From the NCBI RefSeq assembly GCF_963921235.1, contig NC_086124.1, forward strand, positions 15,624,001 to 15,688,000: a stretch of 64,000 nucleotides of DNA. The letters run 5' to 3'. Every line of letters begins with the position of its first letter. Positions within the stretch are counted from its first letter, which is position 1. A model generated the notes under the pieces. That model was not told the DNA's origin. It did no database searches and saw only the letters and a program-made list of their open reading frames with translations. Both the position numbers and the translations under genes were made by a program. Source of the stretch: Mobula hypostoma (Eukaryota). Shown here in pieces: positions 26,401 to 42,508 of this stretch.

Positions 26401-26756
26401 CATTTCCTCCTTCCTATCTCTCTGGTCCCTTTCATATCCTCATATTACTGTTTTTAGATTGGTGGCCTCTGCCCAGTGGTGTGTTGCAGGGATCTGTGCT
26501 GGGTCTCCTATTGGTTGTCCTATCCGGTATATTGATGATTTGAATGAGATTATAGGTGCACGATTAATAAGTTTCCAGATGACACCAACATTGATGGTAT
26601 GATGGACAATGACGAAGGTTGTTTAAATTACAAGAGAATAAACATCAGTTGTGTAAATAGACAAGGAAATGACAGCTGGAATTTAATTCAGACAAATCCA
26701 AAGTGCAGACTTTTGGTCAGTTAAGCCAGGGCAGTAGATTACACAGTGAGAGGTGA

Positions 26757-26996
<240 letters not shown>

Positions 26997-27664
26997 GGAA
27001 CTCTTGATTCTGAACACAACACAAAGGCTCTTTTAAGAGCCACCCACCACCTCACAGAGTGAGAGCAGTGACCCGGAGCAGAAATAGCTGATAAACAGAA
27101 TTGTTTATTGGAGAACAGACCCTTTCTGTGTTTATCCGTACTTTCATCATTACAGTAGCTGGAGTTTAGAAAATGCTAAAAAGAAATGCAATTAAAGTTA
27201 TAATACTTGTCCTGTTCCGTAAAAGTAACTCCCTCAAAGTAACATTCCCAGGAAGGTTATTTATAAAGAAAACTAACGGCCAATCATATCGGACCGCCAG
27301 TCACACATCGGTATAGGCATAGATGGTTTTAAACCCGACGGGCGGCTGCTTGAATTCGATAACGGATATGAAGCCGATTGCAGCGCTGGGGCTCGAGACG
27401 CGATCGGAGCGGACATTCAACTCCAAACAGTCGGCGGACTTCCCCGCTCCGACATTTCAGACTGTGCACCCACCGTTAAGCCTGCGTTGCGTTTCGCACC
27501 AGTCAGGAATTTCAATACACCCTGCCTGTCAACTAGTACAACAACCTAATCCGGACAAGAGCCCTTTCCCTCGCGCTTAAGGTATCCGCAGAGCAGCCCT
27601 TTCACAGACACTGTGAGTGGCTCTGAAAAGAGCCTTTGGGTTACTGGGTTCAGATTCTGTCTCT

Positions 27665-28216
<552 letters not shown>

Positions 28217-30894
28217 TCAAGAAACAGCAGCAGAGTCACGGAAAATATCCGCTCATTCTCCAAAAAGAAACTGAAATTTGAAACAGCCCGCCAAAAATCC
28301 TTTGTTTAATGCTCATCTAAAATGAAATTATTGCATGTCTGTTTGTCGGCTTGATCACCACATTCACTAATTACTGGAGTCCGTCACATTTCATATAAGT
28401 GTAGCTACTATTGCAACACTGGCTGGGGATTTAATTCACCGATTTCTTTAAACTAAGAAACGCTCAGAACAAAACCCGCTTCTCAGCTGCTGTTCGCCGT
28501 CGGTCATTGTTCGTGCATCAGGTTATGGACGAGTTGCTCTTCTCAAACGGCCTGAAAAGTTTGTAATGTAAAAGGGACAAGGGAAGTAGATATCGGACCA
28601 CTTGCAAATGACTGGAAAGGTAGAAATGGGCCAGAAGGAAATGGTGGACGATCTGAATAAGTATTTTGCAACTGTCTTCGCTGTGGAAGATACTAGCAGT
28701 ATGCCAGTGTTCGAGAGTGTCAGGGCCAGAAGTGAGTGAAATTGCGATTACTAGTGAGAAAGTGCTTGGAAAACTGAAAGGTCTGAAGATAGATAAATCA
28801 CCTGGTATATACCCCAGGGTTCTGAAAGAGGTGGACGAACAGATTACAGACGCGTTAGAAATGATCCTTCAAGAATCTCTCGAATCTGGAATAGTTCCAC
28901 AGGGCTATAAATTGCAAAAATCATTTCACTCTTCAAGAAGGGAGAGTTGCAGAAGAAAGGAAGTTATTGGCCAGTTAGTGTGACATTAGTGGTTGGGAAG
29001 ATGTTGGAGTGGATTGTTAAGATGTGGTTTTGGTTACTTGGAGCACATGAAGTCTGGATGGTTTCCTGAAGGGAAAATGTTGCCTGACAAATCTGTCAGA
29101 ATCATTTGAAGAAATAACAAACAGGACAGATGAAGGAGAATTGATGGATGTTATGTACTTAGATTTTCTGAAGCTTTTAACAAGATAAGAGCCCATGTTA
29201 TTACAATAAAGATACTAGTATGGATAGAGCATTGGCTCATTGGCAGAAGACAAAAGAGTGGGAATAAAGGGAGCCTTTCCTGGAGTACTGCCAGTGACTA
29301 ATGGTGTTAAATAGGTGTCTGTGTTGGGACCCACCTCTTTTTTTTACATTATACGTCAACGATTCAGATAGTGGAATTGATGGATATTTGCCAAGCTTGT
29401 AGATGATACAAAGATAGGTGAGGGAGCAAGTATCACTGCAGAAGCAGGTAGTCTGCACAAAGACTTAAACAGATTAGGAGAATGGGTAAAGAAGTGGCAG
29501 ATTGAATACAGAGTTGGGAATTGTATGGCTATGCACCTTGTAGAAGAAATAAAAGTGTACACTAATTCTAATTGGAGAGAAAATTCAAAAAAAACACGAG
29601 GTGCAGAGGAACTTAGGAGTCCTTGTGCAGGATCCACTAAAGGTAACTTTGCTTGTTGAGTCGGTAGTGAGGAAGCCAAATGCAATGTGAGCATTCATTT
29701 CAAGAGGACAAGAATTTAAAAGCAAGGATGTAATGTTGAGGTTCTATAGGCATCCGTTAGTCTCATGAGACCATGGATATGCTCCTTGGAAGTTTTCCAG
29801 GGTGTAGGCCTGGGCAAAGTTGTATGGAAGACTGGCAGTTGCCTATGCTGCAAGACTCCCCTCTCCACACCACCGATGTTGTCCAAGGGCACTAGGGCCG
29901 ATGCAGCTTGGCACTGGTGTCGTCGCAGAGCAATGTGTGGTTAAGTGCAAGGACACAACGTGCTGTCTCAGGTGAGGCTTGAACTAGCGACCTTCAGGTC
30001 AGTCGATTGATGCCTTAACCACTTGGCCACGCACCAACACTGAGGCTTTATAAGGCACTGATAAGGCCTCATTTGGAGTAGTGAGCATTTGGGGCCTCCT
30101 ATCTGAGAAAGGATGTGCTGACGTTGTGGAGCTATCAAAGGAAGTTCATGAAATCAAGTCTGGGATAGAAAGGGTTGTCATATGAAGAGTTTTTGATTGC
30201 TCTGGGCAACTGTAGAAAGGCTTCAATATAGTGGATGTGTAGAGTAAATGTCCTGTGGTGTGGGAGTTCGACACCAGAGGTCACAACCTCAAAATAGAGG
30301 GATGTTCATTTAAAACAGAGATGACAGGGAATTTCTTTAGCTAGAGACTGGAGAATCTGTGGAATTCATTGCCATTGATGGTCAAGTGATTGGGTACATT
30401 TAAGGTAGAGCTTGATAGTTACTTGATTGGTCAGGGTCTGATGTTTACAGGGAGAAGGCAGGGGAGGGAAATGGATCAGTCTTAATGAAATGGTGGAGCA
30501 GAATCGATGATCTTTATCTGTTCCTATGACTTACAATTGCAAGTTCCTCCCTTCTGAGCTCTCATCTCCTCCAAAGTGAAGTCATCTTTTTCTAAATTCC
30601 ATTCAATTCAGTGCCCACTTCAATTAAGTGTCTCACAGTCCCTGCCAGAATGAGAGAACATGATCCTTAATTAAAACCTTTGCCTCTCTCTTACTTAGTG
30701 GCATATCAGTATTACAGCACTGCCCTTCATAGATTGTTAGCCAACCTATCGACTACTTCACTTCTGACATGAGCTGTGATCCAGAAAAGCAGACATACAC
30801 TCCCCAATACTGCAGCTGTAATAATGTTTGCCTAACTTCCAACAAAACACACAGACAACGACTGGACACACCCATCTTAAGACGACACAATACA

Positions 30895-31200
30895 AATCAG
30901 AATCAGAATCAGAATCCTTTATTATCGCCAAGTATGTAGACACATACAAGGAATTTGATGCCGGTTTCCCTGAGCTTTCGCCGTACAGAATCAAAAAAAA
31001 CCCAAACAAAACAATAGTGCAAATAATCGTGAACTATATACAATGAGGTGTACCTGTGTATGTACAGGTGGACTTGGTTTCTAATAGACTAAAATTCAAG
31101 TGTTCATAAAACCGATGGCATACGGAGAGAAACTGTTCTTGTACCTATTTGTCCTGGCATACAGTGATCTAAAGCACCTACCAGAAGGAAGTGGTTGGAA
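30895..31200 (-). mobile_element. LINE 3' end with (GATTCT)n tail nested in an I/Nimb-like fragment
   Basis: AATCAGAATCAGAATC tail; only its first ~35 bp remain in U1 (3536-3571) and U2; absent in U4. Confidence 0.6.
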
Positions 31201-31204
31201 CAAA

Positions 31205-31400
31205 ACAGAGAACAGTTAGGCTGTTCGTCCTCTATCCACTGCAATGCAAGGATTGCCACCATTTTCATAGTATAAACTGGGAGTTCATTAGAAAAACGTT
31301 TTCTCACTGACACCGGAAATGATGGGACATAGACTGCTGCACTGGTGTTATGAGACACTGGGCCTTTAGAATTCCATTCCGACGTATTGATGAAGCACAG
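31205..31400 (-). mobile_element. I/Nimb-clade LINE RNase H-like remnant
   Basis: ORF 31104-31358: TSAAVYVP...KRFSNELPVYTMKMVAILALQWIE; continues leftwards as IPLSKREAKVLIK...WQ (also U1 ~3200-3520). Confidence 0.6.
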
Positions 31401-31909
31401 ATGGAGAAACCACTACGTCTTCAGTTACACACCCAGCACATACTGACAGCCTCCCGCAAAGTCAACTCTACCCCGGTTAAAGCAAATAGAGAGGGAGGAA
31501 TAATGGATAAAGCCACGTAGGAGCATAGTTCATATTGGATAAGCCCATGTTCCCTGCCTGATCGCTTCCTTCCCACCCAAGGAGGTTGGTGTTCTTGAAA
31601 AATTCTGAGTTGGATGATCATCCTCGTCCACTGACGACTAACTAGTAACTCATAGCAATGTGCAATCTTCGTAAATACAATGGCAACTCACCGATTTCCC
31701 CCTGCAGAGCAGAAATAGAAGACGTAACGGCACAACACAAATGTTACCCAGCGGTACCGAACTTCTGATGCTCCGTGTCGATGAGGTATATGGGGGCGGG
31801 GCTGGCATGTTTAACAAAAGGTCAGTGAACAGAAACAGACAGCCCTTTCCACTGCTGTGTTGGTGGCTCTTAAAAGAGCCTTTTGTTGTGCGTGGTGCCG
31901 AGGTGGGAT

Positions 31910-32326
<417 letters not shown>

Positions 32327-33227
32327 TCAGCCGCCTGAACGAAACTTCAAATATCGGGATCGGAATAGCGGAGCAGACGCAGGAGCCAGCTTTTAAAGAG
32401 TTGATGATGGGCCGCCCCACTGTCTGATTGGTTGCAATGGAGATGTCCATTGCAGGCCCCAGCGTTGCGATTGGCTGCTTTTCCATCACCAGTTTGAAGC
32501 TGGATGGTGGTGGGGATGGGGGAGATGGTGGGGAATAATACCCATGACCAAATATGGAAACTGGTGACTCAGGGTCGGAATTTAGCCAGTCTGAATGCAG
32601 TGATTTGGATGGCGGTTCAGTTTGAAATCGCCCGCCAATTCCAAGAGGCAAACAAAAGAAAAAAATGTTTCAACAGCAACCGGTTTTCTTGCAATTAAAA
32701 GAATCACGAATTATCAAATTTCACCTTGATGTAAATCATCGATTGTCTTCATTCAATTAGCTGAATCTGAATGTTTACGTTTTTACTGAATTGCTTCTCG
32801 AGGTGAGTTTGAGTGAATTCAGTCTTGCCGGAAACGGGAGAGAAGACTGAGATCGATTTTAATTCACTGCTTTTACTAAATGGTTTTGTGGGAAAACAGC
32901 CGCAAGGTTTTCAAAAGGACCACAGGAATCAACACCAAAATAAAATGCTGCTCAATACAAGTACATCTTCAAAACATTCATTAGAACCAAATAAATTAAA
33001 TTATCAATCTCTACACTCTCCAAATTGCTGTTCAAAGGCAAACCGACGGCCGCTGTTCCCTTTTATAACAGCACCCTGACCTGCCCGAGAGAGACGGAGA
33101 GGGATGCAGAGAGACAGCTTCAGAGTAATTGAGCAGAGAGCAGTCTAATTTCCAGCTCTTTCGTGGGAAATGTGAGAGGCTCTTAGAAGAGCCGTTGGTT
33201 TCAGGTGTTTAAAAGATGTATTTTTAT

Positions 33228-33860
33228 TTACTTTTTGGCAGTCGCCTTCTTGGCTTTCACGGATTTTGCCTTCGATTTGGGTTTCGCCGACTTCTTGGGC
33301 GCCTTCGCCTTCGGAGCTGCGATCTTCTTGGGGCTCTTGATCTTCTGCGCAGCCTTCTTGGCCGCTGGTTTCTTAGCTGCCGCTTTTCTAGCCGTCTGTT
33401 TCTTAACACTTTGTTTCTTGGCGGGAGATTTCTTAGCTGCTTTCTTGGCCGCAGTTTTCTTGACCGCTGGCTGCTTGATCTGAGATGCCTTAGCCGCTGG
33501 TTTCTTTGTTTTTCTTACGATTTTCGCGCTACTGTCCTTTTTAGCGGCCTTCAAGGAGCCGGAGGCACCTGCGCCCTTGGTGTGAATCAGGGAGCCGCTT
33601 TCCAATTTTCTTTTAATGACCATCTTGATCTGACTTTTGAGCTTTTCCACATCGACGCCGTTGGCGGCCAACCCTTTCTTAATCGCGACTATGGACACCC
33701 CTCGGGGACTGCGGCAATCCGCCACAATCTTGTCGATCTGTTCGCCCAGTTTGGGACCGGGTGGCTTGGTCCGGGCGGCCGCCTTCTTCTTCTTCGGAGT
33801 CTTGGTTGCAGCGGCAGGCGCCGCTGGAGGAGCGACTTCAGCGGCTGCGGTCTCGGTCAT
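33228..33860 (-). CDS. H1: Linker histone H1, 210 aa (U3)
   Basis: MTETAAAEVAP...; tail substitutions versus the other copies. Confidence 0.95.
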   Translation of the reverse strand: MTETAAAEVAPPAAPAAATKTPKKKKAAARTKPPGPKLGEQIDKIVADCRSPRGVSIVAIKKGLAANGVDVEKLKSQIKMVIKRKLESGSLIHTKGAGASGSLKAAKKDSSAKIVRKTKKPAAKASQIKQPAVKKTAAKKAAKKSPAKKQSVKKQTARKAAAKKPAAKKAAQKIKSPKKIAAPKAKAPKKSAKPKSKAKSVKAKKATAKK

Positions 33861-36800
33861 GTCGGCGACGCTGCACAAGCTCTCTCGAAACTCAGAACTG
33901 AGTGAGGAATGAAGAGAGAGGCGGCGGTGCAGAGCCATTTAAAGGCAGCGAGCGGACGGGGCGGAGACACCCTCTCGTCAGCTCCTGGCCACTGTCTCTC
34001 TGTGTTTCTTTCTCCTCAAAAACCTTACGATTCCAATTAAAATAAGGCACCTCCATCACCCAGATCGCTCTGTGTCTGTGTCCGAGGCCGGATTCTTTGC
34101 TGTAAAACAAGCTTGGTCCGAATTAAAGGCAACAGTTTTCATATAAATCCGTTTAACTGCTGCACCGACTTCGTTCTCTCCCGCGATCACCGGCATGTTC
34201 GCCGTTTTCCGACTGAAATATTGAAACCAACTGAAAATATGGGCAATTCCCACTTTAGGACTGAGCTGGGGAGCTGGGCCATCTCGTGACAGGGAAATCT
34301 TTTTTATTTTCCACAGGAGGGACGGCGAAATGCGGCGACGTGATCGGACTCACAAACACAGCCGCATCGCATTCAAAGTGTCACTGGTTTATCTGTTCTG
34401 TATCTTTCAATATTTAATTCACACACTTTGTTTATTTAAATGTAATCCATCTATCGATTTTATCCTTTACACTCTAATTCGGGGAAACGTTGTCTCGTTT
34501 GACGGTACACATGTATATTGTTAAATGACAATAAATTTGATTAGCTTCGCAGTGAATGCAGGCTGAGCCGTCAGGTCGCTCTCTGACACATCGTTCATAT
34601 CTGCACAAACTGTGGGCCCGGTGTACAGTTCCCAGCACAAATTTTCCTCTCCGCTTCCATGTTACCGCGTGTTACTTGTGGATTCCCAGCTCAGTAACAT
34701 CTCCGCTTCTTTCTCTTATATCTGGAGCCATACTTTTCTCCATAGTAAACATTCATTACAAAACTCACCCACCTTCTGGGGCTCAAGATCTCGGTAGCCC
34801 TACTGATCTCTAAGGGAACTGAATCTCTCCCTAACTACCCTTTTACTCTTAAGACAACGGGAGAATCTCTTCGGAGATTCCTGAACTTTACCTGCCGGAT
34901 CCATCTCATATTCCCTCTCTTTGCCCTCCTGGTTTCCTTCCTCAGAGCATTCTCAATCTTTTTGTAGCCAGAAAGGGATTGGTTTGATGTCAACCTCCTG
35001 AATGAAATGTATGATTTCTTTTTTCTTTTAAAACTGAACCTCATTATCTCTCATTTGCCAAGGTTCCCCAAACCTGCCAGATTACCCTTCACCACAACGG
35101 GAACATTCTGTTCCCAGACACTTGCTGTCCCACTTGCCATTCATTCATTTTCTTTCTTACAGGCTCTCCAAATCAACCTTGGCTCGTAACTAATTCCCTC
35201 AACATTACCCTGCCCCAGTTTACAGCACTAACCTGTGGAGCTGACCGACTGTATCCTTCCCATCACTCTCTTAAACTAACAGAAAGAATGAAAAAGGAAT
35301 CTTGGTCAACTGTGGAAGTCAGCTGAGGAACGGCTGCGTTACTGAACATCCACACTCAGAAAAGACTTTAAAAGAAGACAAGTTCTCAAAGGTTTGGTTC
35401 ATCTTGTGACTGTACAGTGTCTGCACTTTGGATTTATTGAGATACAACACGGAAAAGGTCTCTACAGCCCCTTCAGCCATGCTGGCCAGCAATCCACCAG
35501 TTTAATCCCAGGCAGTTTATAATGACCGATTAACCTCCCAACCAGTAGGTCTTTAGACTGTGAGGAAACCGCAGCACCAGAGAATGTATAAACTCCTCAC
35601 TGGCAACAGCAGGAATTGAACCCTGTTCACCTGTAATTTTAAACCTTTCCTTTCTGAAACTTCCACAAAACTGGCATCACAGATGGACAGGATGGGGAAG
35701 AAAGTATTTGGTACACTGGCCTCCATCAGCAAAGATGATTAGCACAGGAGCTGGAAAGTGATGTTCTTTTTGTGGAAGACTTTGATGAATCCACACCCAG
35801 AATACCCTGTGCAGCTTTAGTCACCCTCATTAGAGTCACAGTGTAATTACCTTTTAAAGAGTGCAGAAAAGGTTTAGAAGAGTAACGGTGGGAATTGAAG
35901 GTCTCAGTTATGTGATGGTGTTGGCTGTGCTGTCCGCAAACTTCAAGCGAAGACATTAAGACCTGTCAGATATATGTAGCCATGAATATGCTCACTAAAG
36001 GGAGATAATACTGTAATGACCCAATCTTCAAAGATTGGTTTATTCTCCATGGTATTTCGCTGCCAATACACCCACTATTCGAATGGTGGGCACCACTCAA
36101 AGGAGAAGTTACTTCCAGCTAACAAAGTAGTTTAAAGTAATAAACACAAGAAATTCTGCAGATGCTGGAAATCCAAAACAACATACACAACATGCTGGAG
36201 GAACTAAAAAAATGAGGCAGTGTCCATGGAAAAGAACAAACAATTGATGTTTCGGGCAGAGACCTTCTTCAGAACTGGAAAGGAAGGGGGAGACATCAGA
36301 ATAAAAAGGTGGGGGAATAAGAACGTGACATGAAGTCAGGTGGGTAGGGTAGGTCATGGACTGGAGATGAAGCAATTTGATAGCACAGGAGAGGGGACCA
36401 CAGGAAAAAAGGAAGGAGGGGGGCTCCAGGGAGAAGTGTTTGGTAGGTGAGAAGAGGCAAGATCTTAAACATTTCCAAACTCTTGCACAGCGTTTCTATC
36501 TTATCTTGAATCTTGAAACATTATACACTGAAACATTTCCCAGCCTCAGGTTTCCCATTCTCATTCTCAGGCTCACATATTCCTTGGACCTCACCATGTC
36601 ACCCCCTCTGTAACCGTCCCATGCTGGAAAACTCCCACATTTCCTCCTTCCTATCTCTCTGGTCCCTTTCATATCCTCATATTACTGTTTTTAGATTGGT
36701 GGCCTGTGCTCAGTGATGTGTTGCAGGGATCTGTGCTGGGTCTTCTACTGGTTGTCCTATCTGGTATATTGATGATCTGGATGAGATTGTAGGCGCATGA

Positions 36801-39800
36801 TTAATAAGTTTCCAGATGACACCAACATTGATGGTATGATGGATAATGACGAAGGTTGTCTACTACAAGAGGACAGACATCAGTTGTGTAAATACACAAG
36901 GAAATGACAGCTGGAATTTAATTCAGACAAATCCAAAGTGCAGACTTTTGGTTAGTTAAGCCAGGACAGAAGATTACACAGTGAGAGGTAATGCCCTGGA
37001 GGGCACTGCATAACTGCAGACTGGTGGGTAGAATTCCTAAAAGTGCATACATAGGTGGACACGGTGGAAAAGAAAGCGAATGATACACTTGCCGTGATTG
37101 GTTAGGGCAATGAGTACAAGAGTCGGGATGTTGTATTACAACTGTTCAAGATGTTGGGAAGATTGCTCTTCGGATATTGTGTGCAGTTCTGGTCACCGAG
37201 CTACAGGAACAATGTGATTCAGCTGCAATTGCTGCAGAAAGCATTCACAACGATGTTACTGGAGGGCTGGATTTACAAGGGGAGACGGATCGGGTGGGAC
37301 TGTTTTTTTCTGGAGCACAGGGAGATAAGGGTGAATTTAAAGAGGTATATTGAATCCCTCTGTAGCCTCACACTGTGTAACCTCCTTCCATCCCCATGAC
37401 CCTCTGAAATGTCTACTCTCCCACTTCGGTGGGCCATTTGCATCGTTACTTCCCCCAGTCAGATTAGGGACCTGTGACCCATGGTGGGCTGCAGGGATCT
37501 GTGGTCTGCTGTTTGTTATTTACACCACACGCTGCATCGGTAAAGCAAACAGCATTATGAAGGACCCCACACATCCCTCATACAAACTCTTCTCCCTCCT
37601 GCCAGCTGGCAAAAGGCACCGAAGCATTCAGGCTCTCATGACCAGACTATGTAACAGTTTCTTCCCCCAAGCCATCAGACTTCTCAATACCCAGCGCCTG
37701 GACTGACACCAACCTACTGCCCTCTACTGTGCCTATTGTCTTGTTTATTATTTATTGTAATGCCTGCACTGTTTTGTGCACTTTATGCAGTCCTGGGTAG
37801 ATCTGTAGACCAGTGTAGTTTTTGTGTTGTTTTACACATTTCAGTGTAGGTTTTGTATTGTTTCATATAGCACCATGTTGTCTCATTTTTACTGTGTACT
37901 ATGCCAGCAGTTACGGACAAAATGACAATAAGAAGTGACTTGACTTGACTTAACATTGCATTTGTGTTCCTTAGCACCAACTGAACTTGCAAATTAACCT
38001 TTAGGGAACACTGAACAAGCACAAGGGCTCCCAAATCCCTCTGCACCTCTGATTTTTAAAAATTTTCTCCCCATTTAGAAGATTGTCTACACCTTTGTTC
38101 CTTCTACCGAAGTGCATGACCATATACTTCCGGACACAATATTCCATTCGGCACTTCTTTGCCTAATCTCACAATGTTTCTAAGTCTTCTGCTCACTCGC
38201 TGCTTCTATACCTGTCCATCCAACCATCTTTGCATCATCTGCAATCCTGACCACAAAGACATCAACTCCAACAGCCAAATCATTGACATGTAATGTGAAA
38301 AGAAGTTGTCCCAATGCCGACCCTTGTGGAGCACCACTGGTCACCACTAGCCAGTCTGAAAATTCCAATTTTGGTGGTTTAATGGACAGTGAGACAGACT
38401 AATTAGGAGTGTGGGATAGGAAGTGGACCAGGTGATTTAACGGAACCAAGTGCAAAGTGAGGAATTTTGATAATTTATTTCAGAACAGGGCTTACATAGT
38501 AAATGACAGGTCTCTGACAGGCGTAAAACAGAGACAAAGTGTTGACACAGGTAGACAATGTGGTGAAGAAGGCATCTGGTACATTTGCCTTCATCAGAGT
38601 AGTGAGTACAGTACCTTGGATGTCATGTCACAGCGCAGCAGTTAGCACAAGGCTGTTACAGCTCTGGGCATTCTGGATTTCCATTTCAGCGCCACCTCTA
38701 AGGAGGGTACCTTCTTCACGTGAACACATGGGTTTCCTCGGAGTGCTGCAGTTTCTCCCACACTGAAGACATATTGTTAGCTGGAGGTTAGTTGGCCATT
38801 GTAAATTGTCCTGTGATTAGGCTAGAGTTAGATAGGTGGGTCTCTGGGTGGAGCGACTCGTTGGTCCGGAGGGGCTTGCATTGTGAGAGGATGAAGATAT
38901 AGCAAGTCCTGAGGGACAATTTTTTCACACAGAGGATGGTGGGTTAGTGGATTATTCTGCCAGAAGGTACTGTAGAGGTGGGTATATTTACTATATTGAA
39001 AAGTCATTTTTCCAGGTACATTGATAAGAAAGTGTGAGAGCGATGTGGGCCAAATTGAGGTTGGGTTTAGCTTGGGTCAGCGAATTGATTGGCATTGAGT
39101 TGGGCCAGAGGGCCCATGTCCATGCTGCACAAATCAATGACTATATTTTGGGAAGTTAAGCTAAGGCAGGATGTACACAGTGAATGGCAGGGAGCTGTGA
39201 AATGTTGCTGAACGGAGAGCTTGTGGGTTCCTACCTCCACCACTGCCACTAGCCACTCATTCCAGATGATAATCAATGTTTGTGAGAGAAATTTACCCCT
39301 CATGACCTCTTGAACCTCCATCCTGTCACTTTAAACATATGTTCTCTAACGTTCAACACCCGTACCATGGGTAATATAGTCTTTCTATTTATCCAATCTA
39401 TTCTCCATACCTCTCCTGTCACCTCTCATCCCTTTCACGACAGCAAAGTCAAACCCAGCTTTATCACATCACATATGTAGTGTGGTGACAAGAACTGTAC
39501 ACAATATTCTAAACGCAGCCTAACCAACTCGTTGTACATCTGAAACATGACACCACAACACTTATACTAAATTCTTTGGCTGATGAAAGCAGGCAGACCA
39601 CACACCTGCTTCACAACCCTGTCAGCCTGTGATGCCACTTTCAGGGACTGTGTAACAACACCTGAGGTATCTGCAAACGTACTTCAATGAACAAGGCACA
39701 GAGGAATATGGAATTAATTCAGGCAAGTGTGTTTAGTATAGGTGGGCATGACAGTCAACACAGATGTGATGGGCCAAAGGGCCTGTTTCTGTGCTGTACA

Positions 39801-42508
39801 AATCTATGACTTCATAATACTCCACCATTGCATGCAGTGACTCTGGCTGCCTTGGACCTCAGCTCTGAGCTTGTCTCACTGACCCCCATGTCCTCTGAGA
39901 TGATACAGGGAGCCTCACGCTGTAATTCATTGTCAGTTCTCTCTCTTAATACTATCCATTTCCATTTGAACCTTTCCTATCGATATTCCTATTTAAATGC
40001 TTTTTGAATACTGTAATTGTACCCACTTCTACCACTTCCTTTTGCAGCTTGTTCCATCTATCCACCACCTGTCTAGGTACCATATCCGATGCGGAATTTG
40101 GTGACCATGGTTTTCCATATAGATCTATCCTTTGTTTTTTGGATGACTTCCATTTCCTCGAGGTGTAGCCACCTGGCTATGCTTTTGATGTACATAAGCC
40201 GAGGTCTTCCTCTAGGTTTACTCCCCTCAATCTTCCCAGAGAGTATGAGTTTTTCTAGTTCATCTTTCTGCATGATGTGTCCTAGGAATCTGAGTTGTCT
40301 TTCTCTTATTGTTGGTATGAGTGAGTGAGTCAGTGGGCGTTCATGGGGAGAAGGTACCACCACCATTTGTGGAAAAAGATGTCCCTCATGTCCCCTCTCT
40401 ACTTAAATCTCTGCCGTCGGGTTTTAGACTCCCCACATGTGAAAAAAAGACTGGTCATTCACCTTATCAATACCCCTTATGATTTTATACACCGACAGAC
40501 TCACTTTGAAGGTCTCTACAAATCATTGGAAAGCGTACAGAGGAGATTTACCAGGATACTGCTTGGTTGAGAGAGTATGCATTATGATCAGAGATTAAGG
40601 GAGCTAGGGCTTTACTCTCTGGAAAGGAGGAGGATGAGAAGAGACACGATAGAGTTATACAAGACATTAAGAGGAATACATTGAGTGGACAGCCAGCACC
40701 TCTTCCCCAGGGCACCACTGCTCAATACAAGAGGACATGGCTTTAAGGTAACAGGTGGGAAATGCAAGGGGAATATTAGAGGAAGTCTTTTTACTCAGAG
40801 AGTGGTTGGTGTGTGGAATGCACTGCCTGAGTCAGGGGTGGAGGGAGATACACTTGTGAAATTTAAGAGATAATTAGACAGGTATATGGAGGAATTTATG
40901 TGGGAAGTGATATGGGAGGTAGGGTTCAAGGGTCGGCACAACGCTGTGGGCTGAGGGCCCTGTACTGTGCTGTACTATTCTATGTTACCAGATTGATTGA
41001 TTGATTTGCAGTTTTTTTTTACACATTAGTTCTTTGTCAATCTTTGTTTGTGTGTAGTTCTTCACTGACTCTATTGTATTTTTTTTGTTCTGTTGTGAAT
41101 GCCTTCATGAAAATCTCAGAGTAGTATATGGTGATATTCATACTTTGATAATAAATTTACTTTGAACTTTTCAACTTCAAAGACTGGTAGATTGTGGATG
41201 GAGTAAAGGACTATCAATGAACACAGAGGGATATGTATCGGGTAGGAATGGCAGGGTCAGTTCAGTGGAGTTTTACATGGATATGTGAATATAAAGGGAA
41301 TGTAGTGATATACAGTAGATGATAAACAGGAGGGTGTTCTGTACAAAGTCCCATTGTATCTCAGATTTTTGGATTTTCTCTCTGTTTTGAAAATAGTCTG
41401 CACATTTATTTCTACAACCAAAGTTGATGACCATGCATTTTCCAACATTGTGTTTCATTTGCCAACCTTGTCCATTATTCTAGTCTGTCTTAGTCCATGT
41501 GCAGCCTACCTGCCCCTCCAGCAATCTTCAGCTGAAAACTTGGCAACAAAGCCATCTATTCCATCATGAAAATCATTGATATTAAAAGAAGTGGTCCCAA
41601 CACCAACCACTACTCACTGGCAGCCAAGCAGAAAAGGATCCCTTTATTCCCACTCGTTGTCTTCTACCAATCCAGTCAGCAGCCTCAAGTGTGGCACCTT
41701 GTCAAAGGCCTTCTGAAAGTCTAAATATAGAACATCCACTGCATCCCCTTTATCTATCCTATGTGTAATCTACTCAAAAGAATTCCAACAGGTTTGTCAG
41801 GCAGGATTTTCCCTTAGGAAGCCAAGTACTCCAGAATCTCATCCTTAACAACTTACTCCAATATCTTCCCAACCACTGAGGTCAGGTCTATAATTTCCTT
41901 TCTGCTGCCTTTCTAAAAGAGTGGAGTGCCATTTTCAACTTTCCAGGCCTCTGGAGGTTTGCCAGAGTCCAATGATTTTTGAAGATCATTACTAATGCCC
42001 CCACAATCTCCACCGCTACCCCTTTCAGAATCTGAGGGTGCAGTACATCTGGTCCAGGTGACATGTATCCTTAGGTCTTTCAGCTTTTTGAGCATCTTCT
42101 CCCTTGTAATAGTAACTGCACCCACCTCTCTTCCCTCACACCCTTTAACATTTGGCACATCGTTAGTGTTTTCCACAGTAAAGACTAATGCAAAATACTC
42201 ATTTATGTCATCTGCCATCTCCTTGGCCTCTGTTATTATTTCTCCAGCCTCATTTTTTAGCAGTTCTATGTCTACTCTCATCTCTCTTTTTTTAATACAC
42301 TTGAAAGAGCTTTTACTACCCACTTTGATATTGGTAGTAACATGACTATCATATATCTTGGATAACTGACACAAAACCTCTTCGGATGTGTTTTCAATTC
42401 TTGGAAAAGTAAATGATGGTTTTATCAAAAAAGAGCAAATGCAAAGGGATGAGTACAGTACTGAAATTCAAGTAAAACACAGCTCAGGCGTTAGGCAGTA
42501 AAGACAGC

